DNA from: Chrysomallon squamiferum
Taxonomy: Eukaryota; Animalia; Mollusca
Length of the DNA: 64,000 nt
Direction of reading: 5' to 3'
NCBI GenBank assembly: GCA_012295275.1
Contig: CM022667.1
Coordinates: 20,584,001 to 20,648,000 of the forward strand
The notes beneath the pieces were generated by a model. It was not told the origin of the DNA and ran no database searches. It saw nothing but the letters and a program-made list of their open reading frames with translations. The first letter of the stretch is position 1; the number at the start of each line of letters is the position of its first letter. Of the stretch, positions 41,801 through 54,800 are shown one piece after another. A program made the position numbers and the translations under genes.

Positions 41801-44502
41801 GCTGAGACTTTCTGGTACTGAAAGGGGCCAAGCCCTAGCATGATTTAGATAAATGTGCATTCCAATGGCCTTAAAACCATCTCTGATGGACACAATGTTG
41901 CTGGGGACAGATGTTTTTTTCAGAACAAGAATTCACATTTAATTTTTGCTATAATGATGGGTGGATAATACATCAACTGTTGTGTCCATAACATGAATAA
42001 CCAGGGAAATGGTAGTGTGAAGATATGGGTACAAATCAGAAAGGAAGGAAAGGCAGACATTCGCATATTGCGATGACACTGCAGCACCAAACCTGCAGGG
42101 ATGATGCCCTCCACAAGTAGCATGCCTCACATAGCAGCTAACTTTCATTTACAGACATTACATGTAAACACCAGACCTGCAGGGATGATACCCTCCACAA
42201 GTAGCATGCCTCACATAGCAGCTAACTTTCATTTACAGACATTACATGTAAACACCAGACCTGCAGGGATGATGCCCTCCACAAGTAGCATGCCTCACAT
42301 AGCTTTCATTTACAGACATTACAACATGTAAACACCAGACCTGCAGGGATGATACCCTCCACAAGTAGCATGCCTCACATAGCAGCTAACTTTCATTTAC
42401 AGACATTACAACATGTAAACACCAGACCTGCAGGGATGATGCCCTCCACAAGTAGCATGCCTCACATAACAGCTAACTTTCATTTACAGACATTACAACA
42501 TGTAAACACCAGACCTGCAGGGATGATGCCCTCCACAAGTAGCATGCCTCACATAGCTTTCATTTACAGACACTACAACATGTAAACACCAGACCTCACA
42601 CCTTTAAACTCATTATCACCTATCTGAACCAACCACAAATCTATGTCCATTTCTGTCACCAGAACTTGCTCCCACAGAACACATACAGGATGCAATGGAA
42701 CAATTAGTCTGGAAGCAAACTCCTGCTTACACTTTTCAGCAACTGGAGGTAATTTTGGTTTGCATATGGCATCATGAGATGTCACTGTGTTGCCTTACTA
42801 TATGCCCATCAATACTGACATGCATAACATGAATGTGTTATGAAATTAAAGCATGTTAACAACCTTAAATTACAATGCCTGAATAGGATGTGTTTGATAT
42901 TTTTGCTGAGTCAGTAATGCATTCTCTGTGATTATCAGTGTATATGCTAACACGTAAATAAAGTTCTCTGTAATTTTGTTTTATGATTTTAGATATTGTG
43001 TTTTGTTAAAACGAAGGAAACACCTGTGTTTTCATGAGTAAGTAGTTGCAGCAAGGAATGGACTGTGTTCAGATCAACCAGGATGTGGTAGAGTTCTGGA
43101 ACTGTAGCAATTACATGCATACCATTGATAACATCATTCACCTCCACCTCAGATTCCATAAATCTTTAAAATAACAATTAAAAAAATGAAACAATCATTT
43201 ATACTTTTCAAAGTAAATAGATTACATCTGACTATGTCTACAGGATGCAAAAAAATTATAAAAATATTTGATTATTTTACTATATTATGCATAATCCTAT
43301 GTTAATATCAAATTATAATACAAAAAAATATGTAAAAAAGTTAACAAAATGTAATAACAATAAAAGTATTTTAATTTCCAATATTTATATTACCACAATA
43401 AAATGCAGGGCAATATGTTAAAATTTGGAATGGTTTGTCGACATACTTCTCTGGGTTTTCAGGAAATTTAATTCTCATTTCCTGATTTTTGTAAACTCTC
43501 TTCTCAAACTGCAACAATAATTTCTTCATATTTGTTTCATCAAGAGTTTCTGTCTGAAAAGACCATTCATACGGTTATTTGGGTGCAAATAAATACATAT
43601 GCCTGCTTGCATACACACAATACTTAATGTGGAGCTCATGTATTTTAATACTCCCTGACATTATGTTATCACTTAAATTATTGTTTTCACAAAGAAAATA
43701 AGAAATATAAAAATTAAAATGCATGTAATTAAAACAATAAAAATATTTGCTAGTTTTTGTAACTTTATCCCAGATCGAATTTTCTTCTCAGTATTAACCT
43801 AACATGCTTACAGTGTGTATTCATAATTTAAAATTATTTATATTTACTGCCATTTATAATGTTTTATTTTTGGATTATTCATTGGTCAGACTATACAGTA
43901 ATTAATGTCATAATCAGTCTGATGCTTATGTATTTGTGAACTTTTATGACCATACCTCTGGTTCTTCTTCAACCATTTGTAAAATTTTGTCTTTATCTTC
44001 CTGCGACAAATCAACAAATGGCTCTTCTGTTTTATCCCATCTTCGTTTATGCTTAGCATTGCTGCCGTGTTCTCTGTCAACGTTTTTACGTTTAGTGCTT
44101 GGTTTATCAGGCTGCAAACAAAATTATCTTATATAATTTATGATCAAATAACGTAACAGTATTAATCTGCTAATGTGTTGATTATGTTGAATGAATATTA
44201 ATTCCTTTTAAACTTGGCCATGGGCATAAAAGTTAGTTTTGGAAAACGACAAAATGAATGTGCAGTGAATTGCAACAATTCAGTGGATTAAGTTTTTCGT
44301 TATCATGACATGTCATTGTCAGTTAAATTGCTAATTGATTAATAAGTAATTCAAACTAACTGTATTGCACCATTGATCTCCATTTCTACGAGAAATTTCA
44401 AAACTTTTATCAAGCCCTCGTAAATATTTAGAACAATAAGACAAAAACATTTCACAATAAGTTCAACTTCACCTGGTAAGCTAATAATTCTCCAACATCC
44501 AT
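35820..44502 (-). CDS. CTNNBL1: Beta-catenin-like protein 1 (Prp19/CDC5L complex), 16 exons, 551 aa
   Basis: Minus-strand exons 44473-44502, 43956-44111, 43447-43553, 43024-43163, 40223-40320, 39888-39981, 39260-39351, 38857-38929, 38698-38756, 38438-38586, 37733-37911, 37324-37421, 36822-36902, 36540-36677, 36038-36110 and 35820-35908 total 1656 nt. Motifs: MDVGELLAYQP, KNQEMRIKFPENPEKFMESE, HENTDISIAVVDL, FDANKLYCSEIL, GEGLQLMNLMLREKK, KFTENDHEKVERL, GLFTLQ, EYAGNIGD. Mostly missed by the ORF track. Confidence 0.96.
40632..41571 (+). mobile_element. Internally deleted hAT (Buster/Charlie, ZBED5-like) DNA transposon in CTNNBL1 intron 4
   Basis: Perfect 15-bp TIRs CAGTGATTCTCAACC / GGTTGAGAATCACTG and perfect 8-bp TSD ATCTAGAG (40624-40631, 41572-41579). 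Disrupted transposase C-terminus: MFPLL, WIRDPF, FWISIQEEYP, FSTSYICELGFSTL, EMRVCLS. Confidence 0.95.
42085..42597. repeat. Intronic minisatellite, about 74-81-bp unit, about 6 copies
   Basis: Unit acaccagacctgcagggatgat(g/a)ccctccacaagtagcatgcctcacatagc[agctaac]tttcatttacagacatta[caa]catgtaa. Confidence 0.95.
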
Positions 44503-44860
44503 TTCCTATACAATAAACTATCTCTTCTAGACTATTCGTTACGTCTGTATTTGTACCAGAAACTATCCGTCCATTGCAATTCGTCCTTAAGATTCTAATG
44601 ACGTTTTCATTCCAAATTTCGTTAATTATTTTCAACTTATGATTAATTTTAAAATTCTACCTCTGCGGGATTATAAATAAAGTATTATAGTCTAAATTTA
44701 TTGCATATTTTAAATCAGTGGTGGACGAATCTTCTATGGACGATTTATTGAGGGCAGTTGTTATGGTTTAATTTCCGATTATCCATAAAACGCAGAGCCA
44801 ATCAGAATTTAGCAATGGCGGCACCTACAAGCAGCTTGATTTCTTTTTTTCGTAAATGTG
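44503..44860. promoter_or_regulatory. Putative bidirectional promoter between CTNNBL1 and ZC3H18
   Basis: Head-to-head gene orientation, local CpG enrichment, CCAAT box (gccaatcag at about 44797) and YY1-like AATGGCGGC (about 44814-44822). The TSS positions are inferred. Confidence 0.55.
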
Positions 44861-47800
44861 TTTAATATATATTTGTGAACAGAAAAGAGTTAATAAGACT
44901 TTTTCAGCCAGCAGATTTTTGAGTTTTAAGTGTATGATTTGGTTCGTTTGTTAATAAGTTGGGTAAGGTTCCTGGATTGCATTTATAATGTTACATGTTT
45001 CATTGCTACAGATTCTGAGATACTCGCTACTCAGACTCTAGAGTCTAAAATGACTTACAGAGGCTGGAGTCATAGATTCATATCAATTGTCATGGAGAAA
45101 CAATCGAGATTCTGAATCTGATTGTTAAATTAATAGTTAGTGGCTATATTTTTATTATTTAACAGATTAACGTTGTAAATACTGAAATTATAATTTTAGT
45201 GAATGCAGAAGCCTTTGAAGAAATTTTAAATAACCTAGTAAATGACTGACTGGTTTATTTGAGTAAAAATTTTATTTTCGTATTTGAACCGGAGTATGGC
45301 GATCTTGTCTATGCAATTTATCCACGGGTGAAATCGGTTTTTGTGTAACTAGAATGGATTGATGCTGTTTAAATTATTTTATTATTAAACTTACTATCAT
45401 TCAGAGAATTCTTAATAATCCTGTCCTACGAGTATGAGTATGATGCTGATTATAAGATGTAAGATTATTAATCATCTAATAGTGATATTAATACTATCAC
45501 AATACACCTTTAATCTTACCAGTTTTTGATTATAACTGCAGTTTCAGAGGCTGTCATTGTCAAGTGGGATTACATGATTTTCATTTGATAGTACTGATAT
45601 GAACAATTAATTAACGTGAGTTGTCATAAAGAAAACAGATTTATTTTTACTAGTATACATAATTCATGACAAATAAATATTTAAAATAATTAATTACATT
45701 CTGTATGTATTCAAATTATAACTGCTTAGTCGGGACACTGAAGAAAAGAATACCACCTACAAGTTATTGAAAATTTAAAAACCCATGAAATGATTATAAG
45801 AAGTTTGTGTGTTTCAGTAATATAATAATTTTAAACAGCATCCATCCTTTTCTGTCGTACATAAAATGCACGGCAACTTCACCCAGTTGAAAATGGAATT
45901 TATGGTGATATTGCTGGACATTTTGAAATGATAACTATATTTATATGAAATGTTTTATTTCTTTAATTATTAGAAGTATTTTACAAAATCAAAATGTTAT
46001 CATTATGTCAATGCAAGTGAAAGAAATATAGAGATCTGAGTGGTCATTATCTACACATCTCTGTATTTTTCAGTGAGATACTTGTTCTGTTAACATAATT
46101 TTGTACATGTGCAACTGTCAGGTGATTGTTTTGGTCCCTTTCATATGTAACTTCAAGGAAGTGATTTGAAAATACCCAATAAAAAAAACCCAGAACAAAT
46201 ATGTACAAAAGTGTGATAACTTACAACCATTAAAATTGACATGAGTCCCATTAGTTATCACAGAATCAGTGTATCATCATGACTACATTCAGAATTGGTG
46301 ATATTCTTCCATGGTCTTTCCTAGAGTGTCATTTCTGGGTAAAGAGCTGTTAAACAACGTTCAGTTTTATTAAATGTCAAAGTGGATATTGTAATTTTAA
46401 ACTGTATTTCTTAATTCTAAATCTTAACAGTAATAATACATTGCTTCAAAAGTTGCACTATCATAGGTTCTACCTTTTCATTGATATAAAATTATTTCTT
46501 ACGAGTCAAGGTTAGGAAGATCTGAAATGGTTGTTGAAAAATTGTTTGTGTATAATTTGTACCTTACTGATTGAATTATTAGTCTAATAGGGTTTGTTAC
46601 TCATGTATTTCTGACTATGTAGAGGGGTGTATGCTTATAATCTGTATTTTATATCACTTTTGTCACTCGAGTAAATGTTTTTTTATTTGTTAAAAAATGG
46701 CAAATTTTTCCATTTTGAGATTTCCCTATAAATGATTTTTTTTTAGCATTCCATTTATGAATTTCTTTCTGTTCAGTTAATTTTGAGACAGTCCCTAATA
46801 GACCAGAAAGCTGGAAATGTCACTTTTTTTTTTTTCCACATATGAGCATCAGTAGATATTAGTATCTATGCTTTTCAACCACTTAGATTGTTTGAAACAC
46901 ACCATATGTAAAATTCAGCCATGTAAACTATTAAATGGTAGTGATGACAAGGTCATGTCCCAGGGTGTAGTACTCACTGGTTCACTGATAGGTCATTTAA
47001 TAAATCTTAAATGGTCTAGATCTGACCATGTAACTAAGATAAATGTCCCCAAAAATAAACTGAATACTTTTCAGATACTTTTTCTGAGTTTCAAGGTTTC
47101 TACACCAACATGTTTGTTATGGAATAGAATTGATGAATCTTACAACATCTCATAAGAAATCATAGACACTGTTCTTTCAAATGGTTTTGATGACTCATTA
47201 CTGAATTTTGTGATATGTGAGTTGTTTCTTTTTCCAGACTTTGACATTGTACTGTGTTGAATAATACACTTGACTTTTGCCATCTCATGGTTCCTCATTT
47301 ATATGAGAATGCTAAAATTTCAATTATTCTGATGAAATCTATGGAAATGGTGGGGCATTAAAAGACAGTAAAACTTCAATTAGACAATGAACTTCTGACA
47401 GCAACCATTGCTCTCACTAAGCAAGTAGATGAAAATGGGTTGTGGAGGAAATTATGATTGGCAAATGTGTTATACTGACGTTGAATAATACAGAGTAATA
47501 CAAAGGCCATTAATAACTTAAAAAATATTTGCTGAATTTATTAAAAAAGATAGTTAATGGTAGGATTCAAGTTAATTTGTGATTCCTCTGTTGACAGTTT
47601 TAACCAGTTTGAGTTTGACAGTAACATTAGCTTGTTTTAAGCCTGTTCTTCTGTTTATTTGATGAATAATTGCATATGATTACATGAAACCTTTTGTTAT
47701 AATTTAAAAAAATTAAAGCTGATGGAAATGAATATAAAAAATTAGTTTATAGATGATCTAATAAATTGGCACATGTGTAAATTGGATAATCATCAAACTG

Positions 47801-48881
47801 AAATATACTTAGCTTTATAAGCATTTTGTGAAATGCACCACCTTCAGCCATTTTTGGTAAGCTGCTAAATCAGATCTTGTGATGAAATGAATCTGAAAAA
47901 AATTAGCATGGTCTATGTTAAATGCTTGAAGACTGTACATTTTCAAGATTTGGGGTCTAAAATTATGAAAGATAAGAGCTGGCAAAGTCTGCATTTTCTC
48001 AAAACTCTGTTTTTTTCTTATCGGCCACAACGTTTGTTGGAATAAAGATAAAAATGCAATTTTTTTCTTTCTTTCTTAATAGATATATAATGTAAAAAAA
48101 TAAAAGCCTTTTATTGTTCCAAGATGAAATTTTGTGTGCCAGTGCCTAATGAAAGGATAGTTACATTTATTTTAATTAAACATATATTTTTGCTTTATTG
48201 CAGTCTTAAAATTTTAATTTAAGATTTTATTATCATACTTCCTACATACTTGACATATACGTAAACCATTATTCTTTTAGGTCACTTACATCAAAATTTG
48301 CCAAATTTTCTTTTATACATAGTGACCTTCAATAAACCCCAGTTGTGGAGCAATGCTTGGAATGTAAAATAATGCATCTTGTTATTTTAATATCAGTGAA
48401 TGAATATAGCTTGTTTATTTTATTATATTATTATTATTATTGTTTTTTTGTATCTATATTCTTTTTTAATATTACAGAACATAAATTTTTTCTCAACAAT
48501 TGTTTTAAAGTTGTAATTTAATAAAATAACGAAGGAATCCAGTTTCTTACTGTAATGCAAATAACAGTGACTAAGGATATGTACTAAATGAATACACTGA
48601 AATTGCTTTATTAATAGAGGTTTAATTTATGTTACAAAACAGACATTATATTATGATCACCATTGAACAAATTTCACAGATGTTTGTTTTTCTTGTGTTT
48701 GTTGACCATAGTGGTATAACTATAACAACATTTTTTATCATAACTTGTCCATTATGGAAGTGGATTTATTTACTGTTATTTTTATTTTATTTTATTACAT
48801 GTGGGATAGCATTATTTGGTTAGGTACTAATAATTATTCAGTTTAATGATTTCATTTTTCAGATAGTATTCTATCAGCCTG

Positions 48882-51800
48882 ATGGAGGCTGATGAATCTA
48901 TGGAGAATAGTCTTGATAATGAAAAGGAGTATTGTTCTGAAACTGCAGAATCTGTGGAAACTACATTTGAAATTCCAGGACCTCAAGATGATGTTGTATC
49001 ATCAGGAATGGTTAACAGTGATCTGCGTAAACATGAAATCTTAGACAAGAGAGTAGAAATTGTTGAAGATGGAGAAATTAATGATTCAGACAGTTTTCCA
49101 GTATCATCAACACATGATGTTCCATATTCCTCTGTTGCTGGAAGCCAGGCATCACCTAAGTGTAAAAGTCCAGCATCTTGTGACAATGTAAGCCCGATGT
49201 CATTTGAAGATGAAAACCCTGCCTCTCCTGATGATGTAGGGCCTGCCTCTCCTGATGATGTAGGGCCTGCATCGCCAGATGATGAAGGTCCAGCATCTCC
49301 AGATGATGAAGGTCCAGCATCTCCAGATGATGAAGGTCTGGCATCTCCAGATGATGAAGGTCCAGCATCTCCAGATGATGAAGTTCCAACCTTTCCAGAT
49401 GATGAAGTAGTATCAGTTGAGGATAGAAGTCCTCCATGTCCTAATGATGAAACTGGCCCTGCATCACCAGAGGTTGCAACTTCATTGTCATCAAACAAGG
49501 AAGATGTAAATACACCTTTTTCCAAAGTTAATAAAGAGTCGCTGGTAGATAGTGAACCAACAGCAGTTTCAGAAGATGAACTGCCTACATCTTCTGTGAA
49601 TATTTATGATAGTGAATCTAATGGCGGTATTGAAAACACTTGCTTTTCTCAAAGGCATGATGCAACATCAGAACAGAAACCTTTAATTGGAGGTGATCTT
49701 GATAGTGAAAATGTGTTAACACATCACCCTTCAGGGATCCTAAATACTTCTAAGTGCCCTGCTGAGCAGGAAGACCTATTAAACAGTGGTTTGCTGGGCA
49801 CAAAGATTAACAGTGAAAATCCATTGAACATGATTAATAAAAATAAAAAGAAGGCAAATTTAACACCCATTTGTTCCATAGCATCACCAGATTCTGGAGG
49901 AGATGCTGACTGTAATCAGTTAGAAAACAAAGACGATGTTTTATCATCTCAGTGGCCAACAAATATTGCAAGCTCTCCTATTTCTGATAGTGAAGAGATT
50001 TGGGATAATCCCTCAATGTCAGAAAACAAATCTGATAATGATGACTCAGGTAGCTGTGTTAAATCAGAAAAACATGTAACTTGTGATGTTTCAGAAACTT
50101 CAAATGAGTTGAAATCTGTAAGTTGTGATAGTTTCAAACAACAGAAGAGAAAAACAAGGAAAGAAACTAATTTACACAGATGTAAGGCAGATAGCATACT
50201 GGCAGCAGGGTCTGACGTTGATGTTTCAGAAAACATATCATCTAGTACAGATGCTATGAATAGTGACCAGCATCTTCACGCAAAGTTAGATAAATGCAGC
50301 ATATCCAAAGAAAGATCACTTTATAGCCATGGTAAAGATATTGTAAATAAGAATGCAAACAGTGTGTCAGAAAGTGAAGTAACTGCTGTTGCTGAGAGTA
50401 CAACATCTGATGATATTTATGTAGATGGTAAGATAAAAAGGAATAATGAAAGCACAAATTTTAATGAGGAACATGTAGAGTTAGACTATGAAGAAGATGT
50501 TACTGATGACATACATGGACATCAAAATGACATTTCCAAGGAATACGATGAAGATGGAGAAGGGAAGAAAGATTTGGGAAGTGAAGATGAAAAGGTATTT
50601 ATTATGACTAACAAGTGTGTGTTTTGAAAAATTAAGTCAGATGTAAGATTATAATTAAATTTTAACCCTTTCTCTTAGAATTTATACTTTGTTTCAGATT
50701 AAACATGTAAAATACTTATTATATTTTCAGCAAGAAGGAGAAATTACAGATGATGATGAAGATGATGGAGAAATAGATGAGGTAAATTATATGTATTTCA
50801 TCTCTTAATGAAATCACTTGCCATGTACATAACGAAACATTCACCAAATATTTCATATAGTCAGTGCATTACAAGCACACAGATTTAATCAGGCTGTGGT
50901 GTTTGTATTTTGTTCTTGCTGAACAAATATAATTCATGTGTAATGATATATTTTAACTCTTAAGGTTATATTCAGCAATTGACATTGTAAATTACATATT
51001 CTGATTCACTGAATTTAATAAATGCCAAGAATTATTCCTGTAACCAAATGAAAACTGCAAACAATAAATATGAATTATGTTACTGTATGATTTCAGAAAC
51101 CTTAAAATGTTAAAATGATTCCCAAAATCCTGACAATTAAGCAATATTATAACTAATGTGAGAAACATCAGTTAATAATAATATTAATTAATCTAAATAT
51201 ATACTTAAATAGAAGAAGGATTGTTCTAAAGTATGCAGGTCATTGAACTTGATTGTTTATTTTTGCATTAGTAATAAATATGTATTTCTGTAATCTGTGT
51301 TCTGTTTTAATTCTTTTATTTATTTTTGTTTGTTTGTCATTTTAATGATTTACAGGATGAAGATTGTGAGGAAGGTGAAATCCGTGAACCTGGCTTCAGG
51401 AGACAGTCTGCTAAACCAGTGTGCCGCTTTTTTCTGCGAGGAAGCTGCACTTGGGGATTGAACTGTCGATTCTTACATCCAGGAATCAATGACAAAGGCA
51501 GGTTTTGACTTGTATCTTCATTCTCAGTTCATATCAGATCTTCAACCATAAATTAAAAAAATATGCTATTTCTTGTCATTTTTCATCTCAGGATGTTTTT
51601 TTTAAAATAAATATACTGATTTTTTTATTATCCATAGCATTAAAAAAAAACAATTTGTTTACCAGAATTTAATAATCCTTGATTTTTGTCTTGCAGGGAA
51701 TTACAGGTTAATTGAAATGCCAGGTTTTAACAGAACTGGTCCACTCATGGGACCATTTGGTCCAGTTTGGGGTCCTGAGGTATATAGTTATTCTCCCTGT

Positions 51801-54800
51801 ATTTATCTTTCCAGAAAGAAATATTTAAAATTACCTTCATTGCTTAGGTGCATTCAGTCACAGTGCATTTGGAGTATTTATATAATTAAGATACTTATTT
51901 GGCAGAATCCAACATTATACACATTATAATAAATTATCAATATGTTAAAATAAATTATAAATGAATATATCATTAAAAATATTTACTCAACATGATCTTA
52001 CCAACACCTATCATCAAGCTTCATCAAATACTGAAATACTGTTGCATGTATTTGAGAAGATATCTTACATACATACAAACTTATGTTACAGTTAATTTGT
52101 GAAACCAGTCATTATGCAGAATAAATTTTTAAAAACCTGAGTTTATTTTTATTTAATCTGTTTTCTCAGATGCCCGATGAACCTGAACCTCCCCCACCAC
52201 CAGAACTGCCCCCCACAGAATCAGCCTGGGAACGCGGTCTGCGACATGCAAAGGAGGTAAAATCATTTAAGAGTATGTGGCAAAGAGTGTGAAGATAAAA
52301 CCAGTTCAAAGTATATGTTGTTCTCATTCTTGTACAAAGTGTTTTGGTTATATTTTGTAAAGATCAGTCATGTCATAATTTTATAAAACACTATCCTCGG
52401 CATGACAAACATTGAAAATTCATAGGGTTTATTTATTATTTATTTCTTTCTTTCTTTCTTTCTTTCTTTTTTTTCTTTCATATGACTGTAATTTCATACA
52501 TACATACATACATAGCATAAAAGATTTCAACTAGAGAACTAAATAATAATTGTGTTTGCTTGTCTGATATAAAGCTGATTAAAGTCATTTCCTTTTAAAT
52601 TTATGTTTATAGCTGAGAAAAAAAGCTCAGGAAAAGAAGGAACAAGAAACAGACTTTGAAGAAAAACGAATGAATTTAAGTCTTGATGAAGAGAGAGAAC
52701 TGAACAAAGATAATGAAAGAAGCAAATTTTCAAAAGATCCATATTATGACCAGCAAGTGTGAGTTTTAAATATTTCACTTTGTTTTTACACATTAGTTAT
52801 ACATTCTCTTCTTAGAGACGTGATTATATTCAGCTTTTCCTTTTTGTTACAAAGTGTTTTCATCACTGAATGTCTGAAGATTCGTTCACTTTAAATATTT
52901 TTGTTTTCATACTGAGGAATGTTCTGATTTCAGTTTTGATGATGATGAATACTATGGAAAACCACAGGCAGCAGCCTGGCAGCCAGGACAGTATGAAAAT
53001 TTTGAAGTGAGATGGTCAAGACCTGACTACCCACCCTTCAGGGTATGTTAAACTGACATACTGAGAAACACATGAAGAACATTGTTGTTAAACATTCTAA
53101 ACAATTTCTGGAAATAGAGAAGAAATAGAAAATGATCTGCATAATGTTTATCTGAAATTTACACACAGTCTGCTTGTTTGTGTAAATAAATAACTAAATT
53201 TAAAGCTTTCTTTTATATTTTTATTTTTTGTTTCATTTTGAATTTATTTTCTATAAATAACACTTGAGGAAAAGACCAAAGTAATTTATGTGTTTAAATA
53301 TTTGACATGATGTATTTCTTGCAGGAAGAAGAAAGGCCAAATTTTAAGGAAAGACAGTTTAATTTACACATGGACAGAGTTGAACGACCGTTGTAAGTAT
53401 CAAATTATTTAATTTTTTTAATATATTTATTTTTATCTTTCTTTTTAAAGAAGTGCTTTAAAAGAAAATATTTGGTTTCAATATTTAATCACTTAATTCA
53501 GCTGATATTTCTAAAACTGATCTACAGAGTTTTATTGCGCTGAATGTTGTGCAAAGCTTCTTTTCTTGCTCAGGTATCCCCCGAGACCGAGACACGAGAG
53601 AAGACATGAAAAGTGGCATCATGACAGAGCTGAGATACCACACCCAGCAAAGCATGTCCCCAAAGGCAGACAGGCAGATGAATGGCACGACCCGTGGCAA
53701 AGGTCAGCAAGAAAATACACACAGAATGATTCATTAAAGTTTTACTTTCTTCATACTCAGCTTTACTTAAATAAAATAAAATTACAATCATTCTAGTTAG
53801 TAATTATTCTTTTTAATTGATGTTTGAATAATCATTAGTTTATCTTAACTTTCACATTTATTTTCCCAATAAATAAAAATACAGTGTATCAAAAATATTT
53901 AGGTATTCATGACCTCTTTTAATCCAAACACACATGCACATGCACACAAAAGGAAAACAAAAAAATCAGATATCATTTTAACTTCTGACAAACATTAAAA
54001 GCTTTTAAAGAAAAATGCCAGTAATTTTAATAATGGAAGTATGTAAACTGCATTATCTCATTGATAGCAATTAATGTTTGAGAAATATGGTTACATGTTG
54101 CAATAAAAATTAATATCATTTTACTTGATCCAGCAGTTGGATAATTAACAAAAATTTGTTATACCTCTGTTGGTAGAAATCAATGGTTTCATAAATGTTT
54201 ATTTACATTGAAGTTGTTATTTTTTTTATTTTATGTCACATTTAGTCTTTGGTAATAAAAGTTTCAAAATATTTGATTTCAGTATCGTCTTTTATTCATA
54301 TCATTATCATATCAGTGATTATGTTCTTTGTATCTGTACCATAAAGTTTTTCTTTTTTTCTAATTGAAGGACAAAGTCACCTATTTCTAGATACCAGGGA
54401 TCAAGGAGTGATTCTCGAGGAAGACATCGCTCAAGACGATCATACAGCGTGTCATCACGAGGATCATCGAGGTATTTGTTAGATTCACATCTAGATTACA
54501 AAGATCTTTTCAGTGCTAACATTTAGCTCAAACCACATTGGTTTTCTAAAATATTTTAATTAGGCTTGTCATACATTTTCCCTATTTTTGTACATAATAA
54601 GTATTCTCAGAGGCATAACATCAGATTGAATTTATTGAAAAATTTAACTGTTTCAGTTTTACATGCAATAAATTATAAAATATTTGATTTTTTTTTTTTT
54701 TTAGTTCATATTCTTCATCACGATCACGATCATCCTCCATGTCATCACGCAGTAGTCGGTCATCATTCAGCCGTTCTTCATCCTACAGCTCCAGGTAGGC

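Noticed and set aside
42101-42585. Repetitive peptide ORFs (MMPSTSSMPHIAANF...)
   Set aside because: The frame is broken by 7-nt unit deletions and the ORFs lie antisense in a CTNNBL1 intron; a minisatellite artefact.
48983-49525. 180-aa minus-strand ORF
   Set aside because: Antisense shadow of the repetitive ZC3H18 coding exon.
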